A stretch of DNA of 64,000 bases from Histomonas meleagridis 2922-C6/04-290x (Eukaryota; Protista; Parabasalia), in contig JAANOX010000202.1 in the NCBI GenBank assembly GCA_020184695.1, positions 72,493 to 136,492 on the forward strand, given 5' to 3'. Numbering within the stretch: position 1 is the stretch's first letter; the number at the start of each line of letters is the position of its first letter. The position numbers and the translations under genes were made by a program. The notes beneath the pieces were generated by a model. The model saw nothing but the letters and a program-made list of their open reading frames with translations, had not been told where the DNA came from and did no database searches. This document shows positions 56,958-64,000 of this stretch, piece by piece.

Positions 56958-57139
56958 AAACTGGTTGTAATAAATCAGAAGAAACGCGTTTTTGTGTGAT
57001 AGCCGTTTGTATCTAACAAAATATGATCGTTACGCATACAAAAAAAATTTTCAATCGGACAATTTCATTCGAAATCACTGTTAATATTTTTCCAGTCATC
57101 TGATTACCAGGTTCATTCACTTCTCAGTTAGAAAGGCTT

Positions 57140-58440
57140 TCAAGAAGAACTGATATCGGAGGTAGCTGATGATAGGAATCGAGTTTTTGGTTTCTTTCGA
57201 TTCGCATCAACATCCAATATCGGTTCTTCACCATCGATGCTGAAGGCCATACCATTCGCATAGAAATTGTTTTCCAACGTTGCCCCAGTTGCTCCACTGC
57301 CTATAGAAACATCCGATCATCTTCATCAGAAAAGATTCTTCTTTAAATCATTTCTTCTTGAAGATGCTTCGGTTTGGTGCAATGAGACGACAAATACTGG
57401 CTGATTGAGCAGCCATTAATATCAGCAACAAGATCAATTCGACGATTAAAATCTATAATAAGATTATTTATTATCGATTGATCAAGTGAGTTTCAAATGT
57501 TGCTTACTTGTGTGATAGGTTCTTCATTTGAACCAATTTGTGTTTTTTTTAACATCTTTTTAATTATTGCCCAAATCATTTCGATTGGGTTGTAGTCTGG
57601 TGAGTTTGGGGGCCACCCTGGAATCAACTTGCATTTAGAATAAAAAAAGTTACTTGCAATTTGAGAGTTATGGCAGTATCAATAAACTTTTCGCTGCCTA
57701 TTGAGACTGTTTCGCTCTATTTCCCTTTTTTTATGTACACCCAATTATTGCCTGGCAAAATTCCGAAACGCGATTCATCAGAAAATATAATAGCTTTGTC
57801 GACTAGTTCTTTTTGGACATATTTGGCAAATTGGTAGCGAAGTACCTTTAGCTCTTCTGAAAGTTTTTAAATTTTCAGTGGAGGTCTATAGACAAATCCA
57901 AGATGTTCCCTGGAATTTGCAATAAATTTCAAACATAAATCAACAGAATATTATTCTTTGATCATTCCTTGCATTTGAGTATTTGATATTTTGGCATCAG
58001 CAAGGGTATTCATATCAACAAAATCTAATATTTCTTGAGAGATCTTGGGATTTTGGCTTCTATTGTGATTCATGGTTCTTCCATGAATAAAATCTGAGAT
58101 TCTGTGCTGTCCTACCCCTAAAGTCCTTTGTGTATAGCGGTAGGATTTCCCCTAAAGGTGCAATTTCATGATTGCAACATCGATTTGTTGATTTGAATTT
58201 TTCATCAAAGTATGTGAATCGTTATTTTAAAAGTGATATCATTCAATATTGAATTTCCAGTTTGACAAGGTTTGTTTATAAATTGAATGCTGCTGATTTT
58301 TCACAACCAGTTTATTTGATTGATAATGTGGATTGAAGTAATGTAAAATTTTGCCAAATTTTCTCAAAATTAGTACTTCAATTCGCATTTCATCATCATG
58401 ATTTTTTACAATCAATTGAATGTGCCAAAAATCAATGCTT
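57140..58440 (-). mobile_element. Degenerate Tc1/IS630-family transposase with in-frame C-terminal Myb-like repeat
   Basis: GKSYRYTQRTLGVG (HTH), IFSDESRF, WPPNSPDYNPIE.IW, then same frame FSDEDD..L*AVEQLGQRWKTIS...VKNRY; several stops. Confidence 0.8.
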
Positions 58441-58585
58441 CAAAAATAATAAGCGAGAGCATAATTTTTGTTTTAATTTCGATCACAACATTCAGTTTTT
58501 TTCCAAAAACAGAAACAAAACAAAAGCACAGTGCATATTAAAAATCCGACTTTAGTTGAATTATTTTTCGGGAGCATTATTCTAA

Positions 58586-59191
58586 TTAATCAAAATTTTT
58601 ACAACAACCTGATTTTTTTGAGTCTTCTTTTTTTTGTAGCTTCTTCACGCTTCTTATGGTCCCCTCTTTGTTTATGAATTCCTCAGCGGCCTTTTGAAAG
58701 AGATTTTCAATACCATCACCATTAAGTGCACTTGTCTCAAAATAGCTCATACCTAATGCTTTTGCTTTTTCATCTGCTCTTTCAAATGAAATTTCATGGT
58801 CAAGGTCGCACATATTTCCGCATAAACAAAATGTTGCTGAATTGTTTTTTTCAAAAACCTGCTTGTGCCATTCATTAATACTGTCAAATGTCCTTTGGGC
58901 TTCGGTTCTACCAGAACTTCCAACAGCAAATACAAAAATAATAATATTTGCATCTTTATAATAAATTGGAATAAGACTCTTAAAATTTTCACTTCCAGCT
59001 GTATCCCAAATTGCTAGTTTGATGTTTCTATCCTCAGCGTTTACCATTTTTTCGAAAAAATCAGTTCCAACTGTCGTTAATGGATTAGCGTAAAATTTAC
59101 CATCAACAAAGCGCCGCGCAATGGATGTTTTCCCAACTCCGCTGTCGCCAACGAGAACAACCTTTAAAGAATCTGTCTCTTCTTCGTCCAT
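58586..59191 (-). CDS. Rab GTPase
   Basis: GDSGVGKTS, WDTAG, GNMCD, ETSA, C-terminal CC; probable ATG 59191. Confidence 0.92.
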   Translation of the reverse strand: MDEEETDSLKVVLVGDSGVGKTSIARRFVDGKFYANPLTTVGTDFFEKMVNAEDRNIKLAIWDTAGSENFKSLIPIYYKDANIIIFVFAVGSSGRTEAQRTFDSINEWHKQVFEKNNSATFCLCGNMCDLDHEISFERADEKAKALGMSYFETSALNGDGIENLFQKAAEEFINKEGTIRSVKKLQKKEDSKKSGCCKNFD

Positions 59192-59619
59192 TGAAAAAAC
59201 TGTGTTCGTTTTAAACGGTCTCCAAAAAACCGACGAAAACATAACGGGCGCCATTGGAGTTGGACTATAATTCACAAACTGTATTCAAACAAACATTATC
59301 ATTTTTCAAGTTCATGAATTTTTACATTATTAATGGTAAAGTCACCGGAAAAACTCCTGTCCACGTGAAAAACCCCCGTCCACCAAATTTTCTTAACATC
59401 GCCACTTTCTTTTAACTTTTTAATTATAAAATTGAATTATCGCTCAAAAATTTATGAAAAATTTATTCAAAAACATGTATTTATTTAAATAAAAATTTAT
59501 TCAACATAATCTTTTCATTCAATTTTTTTAATTGAAATTTCGGATCGCAAATATATATAGTAAGACCTGTTGAATTCAGGTCTGAATTTAAGGAGTCATC
59601 AAAAGGATATGAACTTACT

Positions 59620-59885
59620 TTAGATTCGGATTCGTTTTTTGTCTGATGATTCAACAACAGAATCAAAATCGAAGTGGCGAACCGATTTTGCATGGGATCT
59701 ATCAACTATGGAAACGAGTCTTCCTTGGTTAATATCCCATTGAATGCTAAGATCTCCTCGACGAAAGGCAGCAATTACATTCCTTGGAGTTGTTACTCGC
59801 TGTTACGAATCAAGGATCTTAATGACTTGCTGGGTTTGTGGGTTAAATTGATTGTTAATTATCATTTCCTGCACATCTGCCTTAT
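59620..59885 (-). mobile_element. C-terminal fragment of a pogo/DDE_1-like transposase
   Basis: Minus frame reads VIKILDS*QRVTTPRNVIAAFRRG, resembling the post-DDE helix motif. Confidence 0.5.
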
Positions 59886-60107
59886 GCAAGCCAAAGATCA
59901 AAAGGTCGAGAAACTGAGTCTGATCGCTACACACACACACACAGCGCTATTGAAGCTTCGCGTGATACGCTCGCTTCAAGCCGCGCTACATAAACTAAAG
60001 GATGAACGGCTAAAATCGATTGAATTATCATAAATCGGTTGGTTTTGATTGAAAGTAATAAAATATATTTAAATTCATGATGACATTTATATTTAAAATG
60101 TGTGAGG

Positions 60108-61857
60108 CATGACAAACTAACTAACTAACTAACTAACTAAAAAAGTTACTAGCTAAAGGAAATACGGAAAAGCTGAATGAGTTTCTCCATTTTAGTGGTT
60201 TGACGGGAGTGTTGCATGTTTACTGGAGCTGATGATGATAACGGATGAGTTGTTGTTAATGCTATGTGGAAAGTTGTGTTTTCATTATTTTTTAACACGA
60301 CAAACTAACTAACTAACTAACTAACTAAAAAAGAAACTAGCTAAAGGAAATTCGGAAAAGCTGAATGAGTTTCTCCATTTTAGTGATTTGACGTGAATAT
60401 TGCATGTTTACTGGAGCTGATGAAAAAAATAAAGCTTGCATTTTTACTGTTTCTTTGTGTAATATGTGGTTCTTTTTTTCCTTTTCTTAAAATCGATCTT
60501 TTTATCAAAGTGATTTTTTTAGTGTTATTCATCATTGAAAAAGCTCCTTGTTGAAACGTTAGTGTTGAAGTAATTGTTAAACATAGAACACAATTCAGAA
60601 ACTTCAATTTCTTCATTCGGAATAGTTTTTAAGAAATTCTCAAAAGTTGGTTTTGAATCTTGAATTACAATTATTGAATCACTCTCTACATCTTCATCTA
60701 CTTCCTCAACTAAAGGATCGGTAGATTTTTCAACATTGTCGTATTTTTAACACTCCAGCAAATGATTTAGTTGCTATTAAATCTTCTTTTAGATAATTAA
60801 CTCTTTCTGTAAATTCTTCATTCAAAAGTTCAGGAAGTGTATCAGTCAATGATTCATTCAAACGAAACATTAAAGTTTCAGCATAAGTTTTCACAAGTTT
60901 TGAATTTGACATCGCATGAGCGTCAGGAATAATATTTATTTGTTTTTTGATGAAATTCGATATAAACAGATACATAATATCAATTAATCTATTAAATTTA
61001 TTCTTAAATGTTGTTTCAATTAACATAAATTCAGAAGTTTTATTATTCTTGACCGAAAGAGTTATTGTAGTTAAAGCATTAATTAATCTTTGCGAAAATT
61101 TATCAAGAATTTGCATCGCTCGCTTACCGTTTTTATTTAAATATACGCTTTCAATTGTTTTTAGAATAATCTTTATCTTTCGGACAAATGTTTTTGACTT
61201 TATTCACGAACAATTCGAAATACTCATCAATTAAATCTTGATGGTAATAATTAACGGTTTGATTTATGTATTCTGTCAAATTATCAATTACATTTTGATT
61301 ACACCGAGGATATTTTTCTAGTTTTTTTCTTTCTTGAATTAAAAAATTTTTAAAATTTCTCTGCTTTCTTCATATCTGATTAAATTAATTCAATTTCATT
61401 TTTTTGCAATTAGATATATATTGATCTTTGAGCATATCAGATGTTATAAATTCATTTTTTTAGATTTAAATATTTCACCCGGTATGTGTTGAATGTTATA
61501 ATAAATTTGATTTATCATCTTTTTCATATTCTTCTTTAGTATATTCTTTATGAAGATAATAATTTCTTTTGATTTCTTGCTGATGTTCAACAACAAGTTT
61601 ATTGATTTTGCTGTTAATGTATTTATTAATTTGTTCTTCTGATGTAAAATTAACAATCGCCATTTAGCTCTTTATATACAAAAAAAAAAAAAAAAAAACT
61701 ACTTTAAAATTAAACTTAATTTCATTTGTGAGTTTAGTCGAGTAAATCATCAATTTTCAAGTGATTTCACATGAATGGAGAAACTCACGGAACAATTTTG
61801 AATTTCCTTTAGCTAGTTTCTTTTTTAGTTAGTTAGTTAGTTAGTTAGTTTGTCATG
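60108..61857. repeat. Three copies of a ~85-125 bp (CTAA)n-containing repeat: two direct, one inverted
   Basis: catgacaaa(ctaa)n...ctagctaaaggaaat...gagtttctccatt at 60108 and 60296; reverse complement at 61774-61857. Confidence 0.9.
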
Positions 61858-61877
61858 TATAAAAATAAATATTAATA

Positions 61878-63035
61878 TCATTTATGTTTAGCAAAAAATT
61901 CTTTTTCAATTTCTGACTGTTTATGAGGAGTATTACCGCGGAGAAATGAAGCAGGAATTTCATCTTGATATGAACGTTGCCCAGGAACGGTAAAAAGTAC
62001 TTTATACTTATTTGTTTTAGGATTAAATGACAAAATTGACTCAACAGAACCAACCCATTTACCAGGAATAGTTGACGCCCATTTAATATTATTTGGTTTA
62101 TTCTTACCAATAGGTATTAGTTTGTATCTTGGTTTAGTAATTACTGTTCCGTCTTGAGCAATTAAAACGTACATATTTCCTTTTCTTTCATCAATTTTAT
62201 AACATTCACGGCTTATTTGAAATCTTTTTTTAGTTATGCCATTATGACGCGGTAATATATAGCGTACAAAAGAGCCAACAGGAAGAATTAAATTCTTAAT
62301 ATATTTTTTTGTTTTTTTCAGAAGATTCTAAACATTTAAATATATATTCTTTTTTTCTAAATCTTTATTATCAAACATTTCTTTTTGGAGAACAACCGAT
62401 GGCTGAATGGTAAGTATTATTATAAATATTCAGAAACTTTTTCATTCTTTCTGGAGTAATAAATGTGTATTTTTCATCATGTGATTGATGTTTAGATTTT
62501 TCCGTTGGAGTATTCATATCTCTTATTGTTCGCATGAATCTATCAATAATGCCTAAAGACGAATGGTTTTTATCTGATATTGTATGAACGGCAACTTTAT
62601 TTTTAGAAAGAAGTTTTAAATTATTTTTTTCAATAAATGCTGGTTCTTCATCTGACGTTAATTTTACAGGATGGAATTTGACAATGAATTGTTTTAATGT
62701 TTCATGAACAGCAGACGCTGATTTTTGACATTAACGGCAGACAATAAACATATCTATTATTTGTTCCAATAAACACGTGCCAATAACGAGGATTTTTATT
62801 TTTTCCATTATCATATAAATCATGAAACCAACAATTTGGAACAGTTGAAAAATATTTTTATCATATAAGGTTTTATATCTTTTGTTTTCATAAATTTATT
62901 CTTCATTCTCCTTGATATTACTTTTTTAATTTACTTTTAACTAACATTTGGAAATCTATTTTGCACGTATTTTTCAACGTACCTGTGCCTTTTAAAATGT
63001 GTTTTGTCAATTTCTTTGTTGACGCTTAGACTCAT
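61878..63035 (-). pseudogene. Maverick/Polinton-type retroviral-like (c-)integrase, frameshifted
   Basis: WFHDL, LTSDEEPAF, LGIIDRFMRTIRD, YNNTYHSAIGCSP; C-terminal part is the 61878-62174 ORF; several stops and frameshifts. Confidence 0.85.
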
Positions 63036-63572
63036 TTCAGAGTTATCAACACGTTTTTAATTATATTAAATGGGATTAGGTCGTATATTCGGTGGAATAA
63101 GAAAATTTATTCAAAATGCAGGACGACTTGTAAGAAATGTTATTGATAAAGGAAAGAGAATTTACGGTAAGGTCTCGCCAATAATCAGTCGAGGAATTGA
63201 ATTTGGTAAAAAGATTCCAGGAATAATTGATACAGTAAGAAAGCGTAAAGGAGATATAACAGATAAAAAAGATAAAATAGCTGATGCAGTTCCTGACGGT
63301 AAGATAAATGACAAAATTAAACGAGCCGTAGATAAAAGGCAAAGAAGTAGCCGAACGTGTTTTTAGACACAGGTCAAAAGATTTCGGATAAAACTCAACC
63401 GTGGATTCAAGCAGGCGATAAAATTTAAACAATGGATCGAACACGAACAAAATTTAGGTAAGCAACAAAGATATCAAATGAAACCTGCGGTAATGAAACC
63501 TCAACCAAGAGTAATGATTCCTGGATTAATGTGATTCATTAAATGATTTTTTGATTTTTTTATATTTAATAA

Positions 63573-64000
63573 ATGGCAGAGAACGAGACTGAACGGCTCT
63601 ACGAGCCTGAGCTCCTTCGGAGCGAAACAGAAATTGTTTTGGATGAGGAAAACGCCAATGAAGAAAAAACTTCGGATGTTAAGATAACAAAGAAAGCAGT
63701 AAAAGATTTAACACAAGAAGAAAAAGAAATTATAATTGCTAATGCTAAAAAAGGAATTGAAAATGAATTTTTTGACGTCAAATTTTTCAAGAACGGTAAC
63801 GCTAGAGTTACAGCAAAGAAATCAAAAACTCCAACGGTTAGTCAAAAAGTAATTAAAAACAACAACGACGGTAAAGTTTATTTATCAAACGATCAATTAT
63901 TAATGGAGCATATAATTGAATTAAATTCACGATTAGATAAATTAACAGGTAAGCATAAAAAGCTTAAGAAGAAGTATCATCGTTTGAGGGATGATATTTA
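63573..64000 (+). CDS. Hypothetical Maverick-associated protein, truncated by window end
   Basis: Open frame MAENETERLYEPELL...KKYHRLRDDI from ATG 63573 to the edge; absent from the ORF track. Confidence 0.6.
   Translation, partial: MAENETERLYEPELLRSETEIVLDEENANEEKTSDVKITKKAVKDLTQEEKEIIIANAKKGIENEFFDVKFFKNGNARVTAKKSKTPTVSQKVIKNNNDGKVYLSNDQLLMEHIIELNSRLDKLTGKHKKLKKKYHRLRDDI

Larger units (their letters stand above)
60420..64000. mobile_element. Decayed Maverick/Polinton segment
   Basis: Integrase relic plus densely packed broken ORFs (60730-61116, 61663 minus, 63070-63533); element probably continues past the window edge. Confidence 0.65.

Noticed and set aside
57050-58560. Terminal inverted repeats for the Tc1 relic
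   Set aside because: Only a 6-bp match (cactgt/acagtg) was found and it does not extend.
21-59191. Apparent enrichment of trafficking genes (ARF, two Rabs, Sec23/24-like, VPS13, tepsin, AAGAB)
   Set aside because: These families are large in parabasalids and the genes are interspersed on both strands; no evidence of a functional cluster.

Overview
AT-rich eukaryotic DNA, most likely from a parabasalid (Trichomonas/Tritrichomonas/Histomonas-like). The basis is TCAY Inr-like motifs just upstream of ATGs, a 25-nt GT..CTAACATACAG intron, DUF3447-like/ankyrin genes and a Maverick-type integrase. The window holds about 25 mostly intron-less housekeeping or hypothetical genes, two tRNAs, Tc1/pogo relics and a decayed Maverick segment at the right end. 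The stand-out observation is in four ankyrin-repeat genes (9268-11723, 13375-15858 minus, 16104-18371, 48185-50228). They look broken, but the breaks follow one rule. The 4-residue beta-hairpin loop between 'INAKD/N' and 'TAL' of each repeat is not written as 12 contiguous nt. It is written as [17-nt AT-rich element + 1 codon] x4 = 80 nt. Deleting the 17-mers by hand restores canonical loops (RFGQ, KYGW, EDGK, NDGK, KDGN, KYGM) and a continuous reading frame through all repeats of the three plus-strand genes. The 17-mers (mostly RTT...TT) have no GT-AG ends. This suggests an undescribed excision or skipping system with 3-nt micro-exons. The mechanism is inference and needs transcript or peptide data. 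All parsing was manual and gene names come from motif recognition, not database searches.
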